Below, in pieces: positions 17,853 to 27,079 of a DNA stretch of 64,000 nucleotides. The DNA lies in the NCBI GenBank assembly GCA_964439625.1, contig CAYTPI010000001.1, positions 4,948 through 68,947 of the forward strand. The letters run 5' to 3'. A program made the translations under genes and the position numbers. Origin of the DNA: an uncultured Anaerolineae bacterium. GTDB lineage: Bacteria > Chloroflexota > Anaerolineae > Aggregatilineales > UBA3940. Numbering within the stretch: position 1 is the first letter of the stretch; every line of letters begins with the position of its first letter. A model generated the notes under the pieces. The model was not told the origin of the DNA and ran no database searches. It worked only from the letters and a program-made list of their open reading frames with translations.

Positions 17853-18676
17853 GCGAGGTCAAACAAGTCAGACTGAGGGCCTTCGCTGGCTCCGTTTGCA
17901 GGGGGTGGTGCGACTTGAATAAAGTATTCTTTTCCCAAAATCTCTGGCAGCGAGTCTTTGGGCAGTTGGTTGAACAAGTTATCGTCGCCGAACTGTGTCC
18001 GGTGAGCACTACGTGCGGCTTCTTTCTGAGGAAGCACCGGTTCAACGTCAATGACGTGCGTACTGCTTTGCTGTGTGGCAAGCTGTTGTTCATATGGGAT
18101 GTGCTCGAAAAAGCCGATTTCACCTTCATCGATGATTCCCAACGCAAGCGCTAAATCGACACTTTTCTTAAAGGCTTCTATCGGAATGACTGCGTAAAAT
18201 AATGTGCTGTTGAGACCCTCGGCTGTCAACTGCTTATGTGCAACCGTAACATGCTGGTAAACCGCACGGTGGTCAGGGTGCCCATACCAGCCGAATGGCT
18301 CAAATGTAATGACCACGTCTGGCAGGTATTCATTTACTAACGTCTTAATCTTGCCAACGACCTCCTCATCATTTGCTTGAACGAGAGCGCGTGGATCCTC
18401 GTTCTCAGATGTGCCCACCATGCCTGAGTCGCGATAGTCAAGCCAACGTAAATGCTGAATACCGAGAATATCAACAGCCGTCTCAAGCTCTTTGGTGCGG
18501 ACTTCTGGCAGCGTGTCGCGTGTTGCTAGCGCTGGGTCACTGATTTCGCCGACTTCACCACGCGTTGCACAGACCAGCATCACTTCCGAGTTGTCTGCAT
18601 TGGCTAATTTGGTGAGTGTGCCACCCACTGCACCTTCATCATCCGGATGGGCAAAGACTGCCATCACCCTTTTCAT
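17849..18676 (-). CDS. PIG-L/LmbE-family N-acetylglucosaminyl deacetylase
   Basis: VMAVFAHPDDE and GHPDH motifs. ATG 18676 has an AAAGGA SD. The TTG 18703 extension is unlikely. Confidence 0.85.
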   Translation of the reverse strand: MKRVMAVFAHPDDEGAVGGTLTKLANADNSEVMLVCATRGEVGEISDPALATRDTLPEVRTKELETAVDILGIQHLRWLDYRDSGMVGTSENEDPRALVQANDEEVVGKIKTLVNEYLPDVVITFEPFGWYGHPDHRAVYQHVTVAHKQLTAEGLNSTLFYAVIPIEAFKKSVDLALALGIIDEGEIGFFEHIPYEQQLATQQSSTHVIDVEPVLPQKEAARSAHRTQFGDDNLFNQLPKDSLPEILGKEYFIQVAPPPANGASEGPQSDLFDLA

Positions 18677-18699
18677 CGCATGTGTCCTTTTTTGTTGGG

Positions 18700-19143
18700 T
18701 CAACTGTCAAACGAAGTAGCTTCAACCTCAGCCAATAAGTGGTCAATATTGAAGCGACGCATCTGGAAAGCGGTATTCGGCACTTGAATATTCAAAGTCA
18801 ATATGCGTTGATTGAGCGTCGTCATCTCTTGCTTGAACTGTGCGACGCGGGTTTGCCACCATGTATCTTCTAACGCCATTCGCTGATAATTCAGCAGGGC
18901 TCGCTCCAACGCCTCGACCTGATAGGCTGCCTCGGCTTCAATGCTGCGTTTCTCTTCAATCCACGGCAGTGTAAATCCGTTAGATTTTAACAGCGCATAG
19001 GCGGGGCGCATTGATTGATCTTCAAACGGATTTTCGTCGTCCCAGTCGAAGGGTTTGCCCGCGCCCTTAAGATTGTCGAACTTCCCGTTTTTTATCGCCG
19101 TTTGAATTTTCTCCTCGGTGAGGCTGTGCCAATCACCGCGCAT
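18700..19143 (-). CDS. DUF1992 (DnaJ-C28-like) domain protein
   Basis: WHSLTEEKIQTAIKNGKFDNLKGAGKPF matches the DUF1992 N-terminal signature. ATG 19143 overlaps the end of the upstream gene by 11 nt. Confidence 0.7.
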   Translation of the reverse strand: MRGDWHSLTEEKIQTAIKNGKFDNLKGAGKPFDWDDENPFEDQSMRPAYALLKSNGFTLPWIEEKRSIEAEAAYQVEALERALLNYQRMALEDTWWQTRVAQFKQEMTTLNQRILTLNIQVPNTAFQMRRFNIDHLLAEVEATSFDS

Positions 19144-19768
19144 GGTTTTTATAATGGATCCGCCAGCGCCGAACGGGGGTATGTTGATCGGTGTTGAATG
19201 CCTCAAACGACAGTTCTACCAACCCATGCGTCTGGAACAGGTCTACCACGTCGCGAGTGAGGGGCCACGGTGGTCCTTGGATTTCAATTACCTTCGGTTT
19301 ACCGAGGCAAACAATCAAAAGGTCACCACTAGGTGCAACAAAGCGCGATACAGCCGCAACCGAGGCCGGATTAGTCTCTGGTGGTAAGGCTTGTATCGTC
19401 CGTGACTCAAACACAAAATCGAAGGCACCGAGCCACTCAATTGGCGGGTTGAACATATCCACTACTTGATAGTCAACTGTGGTATTTGGGAAGCGCTGCT
19501 TACTCCATTCAATGGCGCTGGGGGCAACGTCAAAAGCAATGGTATCGAACCCCTGCTCCGCCAGCCACTCAGCATCATCACCCATACCACAGCCAATGAC
19601 TAAAGCGCTGCGCCCGCTGCCATTTTGAATGATGTCACTGTCCCAGCGTGTTAACCAACGGCTGGGTTCCATCCCGGCCCAAGGTGGTTTGCTACCACCC
19701 TTCATGCCATCGGCATAAATCTCTTCGAACCAAGCATAGGGACTGTTATCATCTATTGGTTGTGCCAT
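19133..19768 (-). CDS. class I SAM-dependent methyltransferase
   Basis: Motif I ALVIGCGMGDDAEWLAEQG, and an acidic residue at the end of beta-2 (AFDVAPSAI). Confidence 0.8.
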   Translation of the reverse strand: MAQPIDDNSPYAWFEEIYADGMKGGSKPPWAGMEPSRWLTRWDSDIIQNGSGRSALVIGCGMGDDAEWLAEQGFDTIAFDVAPSAIEWSKQRFPNTTVDYQVVDMFNPPIEWLGAFDFVFESRTIQALPPETNPASVAAVSRFVAPSGDLLIVCLGKPKVIEIQGPPWPLTRDVVDLFQTHGLVELSFEAFNTDQHTPVRRWRIHYKNHAR

Positions 19769-19787
19769 GTACCTATCTCCGACGATG

Positions 19788-21122
19788 CTAAGCGGTTATC
19801 AACAGTAATGGTGATGGTGTGAAGAGTAAGAAGAATACCACAACCATCGCCCAGCCAATGATCCGCCGTGGGCGATCTAATTCTGTGATTTCGTCTAAGG
19901 TCGGCGCATGGGCCCCCACCACGAAGATCAACAGTAAAATCCAGATCCACCAGCCAGCCCAGCCAAACGGCCTGCTGATTACCTCAAGTTCGTATAATGT
20001 GCCGCCGAGGGCCAGTACTGCCAGTACAATGATAATCGGGAGGCGGAGCTTGAGGCTTTTGTCACCGAGCAACCCATAAAGCACATGCCCGCCGTCTAAT
20101 TGACCCATCGGCAGCAGGTTGAGCGCCGTCACCAATAAGCCGAACCAACCGGCAAACGCCACCGGATGTATCCAAACGTCGCGAGCGCCATTCGGTAGGA
20201 TCTCGCCGAAGATAAGGAACTTCAAGCCGACATAAAGTAAGGAATTACCCTCAGATAGAAATTGAGGATCGCCGTTCTGAAAAAGAATAGGTGGCAAATC
20301 TGCAACGACTTCTGAGACAGTGCTGACTTCCGACAGTAATAGCCCGATGATGATGACGGGGATAGCGACGACTAGCCCAGCAATTGGGCCTGCGACTCCG
20401 ATATCAAAACGGATTTTGCGGTTAGCGGGCGGTTCGCGCATGGCGATCACTGCGCCCATGGTGCCGAATCCACCCGGTATTGGCAGCGGAATGAAGAAGG
20501 GCGGCGTTGTGTTGACTTTGTATTTACGCGCCATTAAGTAGTGGCCCATTTCATGCGCGCCTAGTATACCGATCAGTGCGACCATGTAGCCCAAGCCATC
20601 CAGGGCCGCGCGTTGAATATCTTGCGGGCTAGGCAGTAGTTCCTCAGATAAGATAAGCGCTTCGTTGCCTGTTGCCTGATACAGTGCGTACTGTCCGAGC
20701 GTCAGGAAGGTTGCGTCGGACATGCCGAAGCCAACCACAAAGACGGAATAGACGGTCACGATAAACAGCAGCCAGGCTCGCCAAGGGAAGACCTTTTTCG
20801 CAGGTTCAAACACTTGGGGCAACGCAGTGACGACATCAAGCCCGTCAGTGCGCTTGAACTTGGGCGTATGACTGACAGCCTCAAATTGAGGGCGTAGCTT
20901 ATACCAGGCTTCCTCAGAATCGATGAGAAAGCGACCTCGAATACGAATCGGTGAATCGTCGACGTGATAGGTTACGTCTGTAATCTCCATCACCTCGCGC
21001 ACGGCACGACGCATTTTATCCAGTTCAGTATCTGTATGAGGGGCTGTCGTCAAGACTTCGAGTTCGTCAGGGGTTTTAATACCAACAGAATGACCATTTT
21101 CCGACATGAGTTTCTTATCCAA
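19788..21122 (-). CDS. site-2 protease family (M50) membrane metalloprotease
   Basis: HEMGHYLMARKY (HExxH) and NLLPMGQLDGGH motifs in a polytopic membrane protein. Confidence 0.9.
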   Translation of the reverse strand: MDKKLMSENGHSVGIKTPDELEVLTTAPHTDTELDKMRRAVREVMEITDVTYHVDDSPIRIRGRFLIDSEEAWYKLRPQFEAVSHTPKFKRTDGLDVVTALPQVFEPAKKVFPWRAWLLFIVTVYSVFVVGFGMSDATFLTLGQYALYQATGNEALILSEELLPSPQDIQRAALDGLGYMVALIGILGAHEMGHYLMARKYKVNTTPPFFIPLPIPGGFGTMGAVIAMREPPANRKIRFDIGVAGPIAGLVVAIPVIIIGLLLSEVSTVSEVVADLPPILFQNGDPQFLSEGNSLLYVGLKFLIFGEILPNGARDVWIHPVAFAGWFGLLVTALNLLPMGQLDGGHVLYGLLGDKSLKLRLPIIIVLAVLALGGTLYELEVISRPFGWAGWWIWILLLIFVVGAHAPTLDEITELDRPRRIIGWAMVVVFFLLFTPSPLLLITA

Positions 21123-21351
21123 AATCGCACTTCGGTTCCTGTATAATTATTTGGTCAGTTTGTAGTGATTGTAGTGATTGTCGGTAGGCTTCGCACGCTT
21201 ATCGTTGGATACTATCTACATTCTTATACCAACACGAGACAGACGTTAAACAAACGCAGCGTATCTATTGTGGACGTTCTGGCTAAAATGCACTATGTTT
21301 CTGCACCGAACGGTATACCGCTGCACAGAGCGTAACTGTGCCATTTTGATT

Positions 21352-22749
21352 ATGAGCAACTTTCTCAAAAGACTATCTATCGCGGGGGTTTTGCTTGCTC
21401 TGGTAATGCTGCAAACTCAGACCCAGGCGCAAGCGCAGGTTAGTACGGCAGTTGACCTTGCTAATCAAGTGAATGCCCTGCGTGCCCAATATGGGTTGGC
21501 ACCCTATCAACTTAACTCTGCCTTGATGAGTGCAGCGCAGTCCCACAGTGAATGGGAAGCTGCAACCGGCACTATCAGCCACACCGGGCAGAGCGGCACC
21601 ACCCCAACCGACCGCGCAATCGCCGCTGGCTATGGTGAGCGTGCCAATATTCGCGTCTCGGAGAATATCTATGCGGGCACCAATGCCACCAGCGCCACCG
21701 CCCTCGAATGGTGGATCAACAGCCCGATCCATTTTCGCGGCCTGACCAGCCCAAACTACACCGAGATCGGGGTGGGTGTCGTCACGACCGATGGGTTGAA
21801 TTACTATACGCTGGTCTTCGGTGACAAGCTCTCGACGCTTAGCCCCGCACCGCAAGCAGACCCGGCAAGTGAGGCGAGCGGTAACGATGCTGCGGCACCT
21901 GCGCCGGAGTCACTCCCCGTCTTTGAGGTGGTGCCCGTTGAAGTAGCGGAGACCGCTGATGATGGATCGGTGGTGCACGTGGTGGAATCCGGTCAAAATG
22001 TGTGGGATATTGCTGTTGCCTATGACGTTGCCCCGTCTGAGATTCAAGCACTGAATCGACTTGATCAAGATGCGTCGATTTTACCAGGGCAGCAGTTGGT
22101 GATTGTGCCTGCGGAAGTACGGATCGAAGTTAACGAAGATGGCTCCATCACACATGATGTTGAAGAAGGCCAGTCTCTCTGGGTGATCTCACGCGAGTAT
22201 GACGTCGAGCTTGCGCGTCTGTTAGAGATTAACGGGTTGACGGAAGGCTCGATTATCCGTCCCGGTGACCAACTCTTGATCCAACCGCCGACTGATGGCA
22301 GTTGGGTTGAGCTTGAAGACCGGCCTAAGCCAGCGATCTACCATACGGTGGTTGAAGGGCAGGTGCTGTACAACATCGCGGCGATTCATGGTGTTGCCTT
22401 CGAGACGCTGTTGGAACTCAATGATTTAACGGCAGAGTCGATCATTCGTCCCGGTGACCAACTGCTGATCCGCCCGGCGGATGAACCGCTGGCGACACTT
22501 GAAGCCGCACCAGTAGATAGCATCGTTCTGCAGCCAGAGAGCGGTAAGCCGGATGATGTCGAAGCGACCAGCAGCGTTGTGTCAACAGAGGTTGAAACGA
22601 CAACTTTCGAAGCAGAAGCTGAGCGTGAACCGCACGATCTGCCTTCAGGGGCACTCATCGCAGGGCTGGCGATTGTCGCCGTTTTGGGCCTTGGGTTGAT
22701 CGTCTACGGTGGATTTAATTTTCGTAAGAATGACGACATATCTGGGTAA
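21352..22749 (+). CDS. secreted CAP/SCP-domain protein with three LysM repeats and a C-terminal TM anchor
   Basis: Signal peptide from ATG 21352. SCP-like region (NALRAQYGLAPY...SHSEW...GENI). Three LysM units ending in ILPGQQLVI or IIRPGDQLLI. TM LIAGLAIVAVLGLGLIVYGG. Confidence 0.85.
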   Translation: MSNFLKRLSIAGVLLALVMLQTQTQAQAQVSTAVDLANQVNALRAQYGLAPYQLNSALMSAAQSHSEWEAATGTISHTGQSGTTPTDRAIAAGYGERANIRVSENIYAGTNATSATALEWWINSPIHFRGLTSPNYTEIGVGVVTTDGLNYYTLVFGDKLSTLSPAPQADPASEASGNDAAAPAPESLPVFEVVPVEVAETADDGSVVHVVESGQNVWDIAVAYDVAPSEIQALNRLDQDASILPGQQLVIVPAEVRIEVNEDGSITHDVEEGQSLWVISREYDVELARLLEINGLTEGSIIRPGDQLLIQPPTDGSWVELEDRPKPAIYHTVVEGQVLYNIAAIHGVAFETLLELNDLTAESIIRPGDQLLIRPADEPLATLEAAPVDSIVLQPESGKPDDVEATSSVVSTEVETTTFEAEAEREPHDLPSGALIAGLAIVAVLGLGLIVYGGFNFRKNDDISG

Positions 22750-22807
22750 AAAACCCCGCAGTATTGCCAGCCGAATTGAATCATGATATTATCTTTGTCC
22801 AGTACAA

Positions 22808-22880
22808 GGGTCTGTAGCTCAACGGACAGAGCGTCGGTCTACGGAACCGAAGGTTGAAGGTTCGAATCCTTCCAGGCTCA
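22808..22880 (+). tRNA. tRNA-Arg (anticodon ACG)
   Basis: Hand-folded cloverleaf: acceptor GGGTCTG/CAGGCTC (two GU pairs), D arm GCTC..GAGC, anticodon stem TCGGT/ACCGA with loop CTACGGA, T arm GAAGG-TTCGAAT-CCTTC, discriminator A. CCA not encoded. Confidence 0.95.
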
Positions 22881-22886
22881 CACACA

Positions 22887-22925
22887 AACATGAGCGCATA
22901 AAATGCGCTCATGTTGCTTTTTGAT
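22887..22925 (+). terminator. rho-independent terminator after tRNA-Arg
   Basis: AACATGAGCGCAT (22887-22899) pairs with ATGCGCTCATGTT (22903-22915), followed by GCTTTTTG. Confidence 0.85.
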
Positions 22926-22941
22926 CATAGGTAAGATTGCT

Positions 22942-23445
22942 TCAGGGACCGTCAGCCTCAACCGTCTCACCGACGTGCTTGCGCCGGTGTCGTTCACCAA
23001 ACCTCTCTGGTTTGATCGCCATCTGGTTGCCCGCATTGAGATCAGCAACTCCCAGCGATTGGTGTGAGTCTTGGCAATGGTAAGGTTCATCAGGCTCGCT
23101 ATAGCTGACGATATACCCTTCGTAGTTTCTCAGTGTCACTTTTCCGGGTGCTTGGCTGATCATATAGTTAGGGCCAACGGGGATTTTGCCGCCGTCACCA
23201 GGGGCATCAACGACGTAAGTCGGCACTGCATAGCCAGAGGTATGCTCTCGCAGGGCTTCCATAATCTCGATACCAACGGAGATCGGTGTCCGAAAGTGCC
23301 CAGCACCCTGTACCAGATCGCATTGATACAGGTAGTAGGGACGGACTCGGTTGATCACTAACTTGTGGATCAAGTCGAGTTGGGCTTGGGGCGTATCATT
23401 GATGCCGCGCAGGAGGACGCTTTGGTTGCTCAGCGGAATGTCCAC
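22942..23445 (-). pseudogene. lysine 2,3-aminomutase (KamA) family radical-SAM enzyme, C-terminal fragment only
   Basis: IPLSNQSVLLRGINDTP, RVRPYYLYQCDL, GAGHFRTP and PTYVVDAPGDGGKIP are KamA-family C-terminal blocks. The upstream frame hits TAG at 23503-23505 after 19 unrelated codons. The CxxxCxxC N-terminal half is absent. Confidence 0.75.
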
Positions 23446-23631
23446 CCGGAACTTGTCTTCTGCGTAAAGTCCCTTATATAAGAGAAATTCACCATTGCAT
23501 CTCTATAAAAATTGCATCAATCTATACATGATATGCTGCTACAACGTATGTGATCACTCGGTGGCTGTCGCCTTCGACTGCCCGAAAACCGCCGCGGGAT
23601 CGTATTGCTCGTTTAACACTTTGAGGGAATA

Positions 23632-23817
23632 ATGAACAGTTATCGACCAAATGTTAGACGTCCCATAAGGAGGCGACCAGTGACGATGGCAGCAACAATC
23701 TCAGTACGCAATATACCACTACAGCAAGGCTGCTCACAGAGGTCAGTATCTTATTTTCTACCTGCAAACGTTGACAATAGTGCCCCATGGATCGGCCCAA
23801 GAGGTGTTGATCGATGA
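23632..23817 (+). CDS. candidate 61-aa Arg-rich small protein/leader peptide
   Basis: GAGGGA SD before ATG 23632. TGA overlaps the ATG of the next gene (ATGA). 6 Arg in the first 16 residues. No homology recognised. Confidence 0.3.
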   Translation: MNSYRPNVRRPIRRRPVTMAATISVRNIPLQQGCSQRSVSYFLPANVDNSAPWIGPRGVDR

Positions 23818-25757
23818 GTATGCCTGTTAATGGAAAAACATTTGCCCATCATGGGCCTGTTGCTAACCCCGAAGAGCATGTACCTGCTGACTGGTGGCGT
23901 ACGTTGTTCAACAGCACTTATTTAAAAACAGATGGTGATGTCGTTGATAATGAAGCAATCACACGTCGTGAGGTTGACCTCTTTATTTCCGCTGGCAAAC
24001 TCCAAACCGATGCAACCATTCTCGACCTATGCTGTGGTCAAGGTCGCCACACGCTCGAACTAGCCCGCCGGGGTTTCCGACATATCGAAGGGCTTGATCG
24101 GTCTCGCTACTTGATCAACCGTGCCCGTCGTTCGGCCCGGATGCAGGGTGCTTCTGTGCGCTTTCGCGAAGGCGACGCCCGCAAACTGCCGTACTCTGCC
24201 GACTCGTTTGACACCGTTGTTATCCTCGGCAACAGCTTTGGCTACTTCACGTCCATCGAAGACGATCTACTGGTTTTGAAAGAGGTGCGGCGGGTGCTCA
24301 AGCCATCTGGCTCGCTGCTGCTGGATGTGGCCGATGGCGACTACATGCGACGAAATTTTGAGCCGCGCTCATGGGAATGGATTGATAACAATCACTTGGT
24401 GTGTCGGGAACGCTCGCTGTCGTTGGATGAGCAAAGACTGATCAGCCGTGAAATTGTGCTGCACAACACAAAAGGTGTTTTAGTCGATCAATTCTACGCT
24501 GAGCGCTTATATAATCAACAAATGCTTGCCAAACTGCTGGAGACCGCTGGGTTTATCGCTGTCCATATCAGCGAGGGCTTTGAAGGTCAATCAACGCGCA
24601 ATCAAGACCTTGGCATGATGGGCCATCGGATGTTGGTGACAGGCCGTGCGAAAAAGCAATGGGCTGCCGCCCGCACTAGCCGTACCGCCAAGCCGCGCAA
24701 GGTTATCGTTATTCTTGGTGATCCACGTAAGCAAGATGATGTCAAGCCAGATGGTCACTTTGATGAGGACGATCTGTACACCATCGACCGACTCAAAAAT
24801 GCCTTGCGTGATCTGCCGTCAGAAGAATACGCGATCAGCTATCTTGATAACCACGATACGCTCTTGGCAGACCTGCAAAGTACCCGCCCAGATTTAGTTT
24901 TAAATCTCTGCGATGAAGGCTTCAACAATCAAGCCCATCAGGAATTACACGTGCCAGCGTTGCTTGAACTCCTTGGCATTCCGTACACAGGCGGCACACC
25001 ACAAACCCTATCAACCTGTTTTGATAAGGCTTTGGTGCGCGGTGTCGCGCAGGATATGAGCATCCCTGTTCCATTTGGCTATGTGATCCGTCCTGAAGAA
25101 AGCACGTATCGCCTACCTGCCTCGTTTCCGGTGATTGTCAAGCCAACTAAGGCGGATTCTAGTCTTGGAACCTTTGCGCGGAACGTCGTCAATGATGCCG
25201 CTAGCTTAACTGAGATCGTGACGGAACTCCATCATGCATACTCCCAGCCGCTGTTGGTCGAGGAATTTTTGCTCGGAGCTGACCTCACCGTTGGGATTCT
25301 GGGGAACGCCCCCAATGACTATCAGGTCATGCCTATTGGGCTAACGGACTACAGCACACTGCCGCCCGATTTGCCACCGATCTGTGGCTATGAGTCAAAA
25401 TGGGATCCGAATTCACCTTATTGGACTCAGTTGAAGTTTGTGCAGGCGCAACTTCCTGAGGAGACCGAACGTCGTCTGATAGATTGGAGCGTGCAGTTGG
25501 CTGTGCGCTTGGAATGCTGCGACTACGTCCGAATTGACTGGCGCCTCGACAATGACGGAAACCCTAAACTGCTAGAGGTGAACCCCAACCCCGGCTGGTG
25601 TTGGGATGGTCATTTGAAGTTAATGGCTGGCTTTGCTGGCTTCTCCTATGCAGACTTCCTTCGCATGATCTTGAAGGCAGCTGAGGTGCGCTATAGTATG
25701 GAGCCAGTGAAGGTCGCTGCTGCCTCTAAAGTGGCTGCCGCTACTGCCGCTACCTAG
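23814..25757 (+). CDS. fusion protein: class I SAM methyltransferase + D-Ala-D-Ala-ligase-like ATP-grasp
   Basis: N-terminal part has ILDLCCGQGRH, VVILGNSFGY and RVLKPSGSLLLDV. C-terminal part has NLCDEGFNN, PVIVKPTKADSSLG, LLVEEFLLGADLTVGILGN and RIDWRLDNDGNPKLLEVNPNPGW. GAGGTG SD 7 nt before ATG 23814. Confidence 0.85.
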   Translation: MSMPVNGKTFAHHGPVANPEEHVPADWWRTLFNSTYLKTDGDVVDNEAITRREVDLFISAGKLQTDATILDLCCGQGRHTLELARRGFRHIEGLDRSRYLINRARRSARMQGASVRFREGDARKLPYSADSFDTVVILGNSFGYFTSIEDDLLVLKEVRRVLKPSGSLLLDVADGDYMRRNFEPRSWEWIDNNHLVCRERSLSLDEQRLISREIVLHNTKGVLVDQFYAERLYNQQMLAKLLETAGFIAVHISEGFEGQSTRNQDLGMMGHRMLVTGRAKKQWAAARTSRTAKPRKVIVILGDPRKQDDVKPDGHFDEDDLYTIDRLKNALRDLPSEEYAISYLDNHDTLLADLQSTRPDLVLNLCDEGFNNQAHQELHVPALLELLGIPYTGGTPQTLSTCFDKALVRGVAQDMSIPVPFGYVIRPEESTYRLPASFPVIVKPTKADSSLGTFARNVVNDAASLTEIVTELHHAYSQPLLVEEFLLGADLTVGILGNAPNDYQVMPIGLTDYSTLPPDLPPICGYESKWDPNSPYWTQLKFVQAQLPEETERRLIDWSVQLAVRLECCDYVRIDWRLDNDGNPKLLEVNPNPGWCWDGHLKLMAGFAGFSYADFLRMILKAAEVRYSMEPVKVAAASKVAAATAAT

Positions 25758-25776
25758 AATCGCACACTTGCCGACT

Positions 25777-25803
25777 GAATGACCGCTAAATCAGCGGTCA
25801 TTC
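25777..25803. terminator. hairpin between convergent genes (no U-tract)
   Basis: GAATGACCGCT (25777-25787) pairs with AGCGGTCATTC (25793-25803). No T-run on either strand, so terminator function is uncertain. Confidence 0.4.
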
Positions 25804-25878
25804 GGTTAGCACAACTTTAGCTCGGCAACAACCTGGTCGTTCTTTTTGTTGCCTCTGTTGTTGGATTGATGAGTGCTG

Positions 25879-26850
25879 CTAGCGCGATCTAAGCTCCTTG
25901 CGCTCAAGTAGGACACTCTCTTTGACGTCAGCTTTGGCTGTCGGCGGTAGGCCCCGGTGTGGTTGGCGAAAGCCTTCACCAAAGGCCACATGCCCCTGAC
26001 CAATGACGACAAAGGCGTTGGGGTCAACCATACTGATGATCTGCCGTAGCAAGGTAGCTTCGGCTCGGTAAATCGTAACAAACAGCATGGTTCGCTCGTA
26101 TCCAGTGTACATCCCGGTGACCTCCCAACCCGTTGCACCCCGGTTCAGCCGGAAGAATACTTGATCAGCCACTTCGGTCGGTTTGTTGGTGATGATCGTT
26201 GCGGTTTGGATCAAGCTGGGGCCCTCTAGAATGTAGTCTGTGACGATGCCGTAGACCGCAACGCTCAACACTGCGTACATCACAGCTTCCCAGCCGTATA
26301 AGAACCCTGAAGAAGCAATGATGGTGCCATCGAGCAGCAGCGACGCCGTACTGATGGGCAGGCCTAGCTTTACCTGCAAAATCCGCCCAAGGGTGCCGGT
26401 GCCGCCTGCCGTGGCCCCGACGCGTAACCCTAAGCCGCTACTGATTCCACCGAACACGCCTGCGAAAATAGCGTTCAACAGCAGGTTATCACTGACACCT
26501 TCAGGCGGAAGGTACAGGCCCAACACGTCAACGAGTACGGAGAACATCACAATAAAATAGATTGTCTTCGCGAGGATGCGCCAGCCGCCCAATAAGCGGT
26601 AGGCGAAGAACATCAGCGGGATGTTAAGGGCCAACGTCACCATGCCGACAGGCAAGCCGAACAGCGTGTTGCTCATAATGCCGATGCCCGCAAAACCACC
26701 AGAGACGATCTGCGATGGGATCAGGAATAAGTTCATTGAGGCGGCACCTAAGACAGCCGAAATTGTGATTAGCAAGTACTCTGCTGCTTCCGCGACAATG
26801 CGCCGAGGCGTTATCGCTTTCTTTTCTACAATGTGGAGACCATCTTCCAT
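25879..26850 (-). CDS. YitT-family membrane protein (with C-terminal DUF2179 domain)
   Basis: IPSQIVSGGFAGIGI and GATAGGTGTLG in the TM region. Soluble C-terminal domain MLFVTIYRAEATLLRQIISMVDPNAFVVI. ATG 26850 chosen; TTG 26880 is possible. Confidence 0.8.
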   Translation of the reverse strand: MEDGLHIVEKKAITPRRIVAEAAEYLLITISAVLGAASMNLFLIPSQIVSGGFAGIGIMSNTLFGLPVGMVTLALNIPLMFFAYRLLGGWRILAKTIYFIVMFSVLVDVLGLYLPPEGVSDNLLLNAIFAGVFGGISSGLGLRVGATAGGTGTLGRILQVKLGLPISTASLLLDGTIIASSGFLYGWEAVMYAVLSVAVYGIVTDYILEGPSLIQTATIITNKPTEVADQVFFRLNRGATGWEVTGMYTGYERTMLFVTIYRAEATLLRQIISMVDPNAFVVIGQGHVAFGEGFRQPHRGLPPTAKADVKESVLLERKELRSR

Positions 26851-27079
26851 GCGGCTTCTTGCCCCTTGCGTGATTACCAATTTAGACTCAGATCTTTCGA
26901 AGTATATACCCCAATTTCTAAGGATGTGTTAGAAGAACCAAAGATCGGGCAGTGGAAAGCGTTCAAACGACGCGAAAGTACCATCGTTTCATTGTTACTT
27001 AGCTTAGAAGGTCTACGGTGTACGCTGCTGCGATTGTTGGATACACTCCTTGGCAGATGCCCATTAGAGGAGTGACGCA

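Noticed and set aside
21162-21179. Tandem GTAGTGATT x2 in the M50 / CAP-LysM intergenic region
   Set aside because: Only two 9-bp copies. Too short to call a repeat element or CRISPR-like structure.
22881-23630. Genomic island integrated at tRNA-Arg
   Set aside because: I looked for an integrase gene and for a direct repeat of the tRNA 3' end (GGTTCGAATCCTTCCAGGCTCA) downstream and found neither. The truncated end of the kamA fragment faces away from the tRNA.
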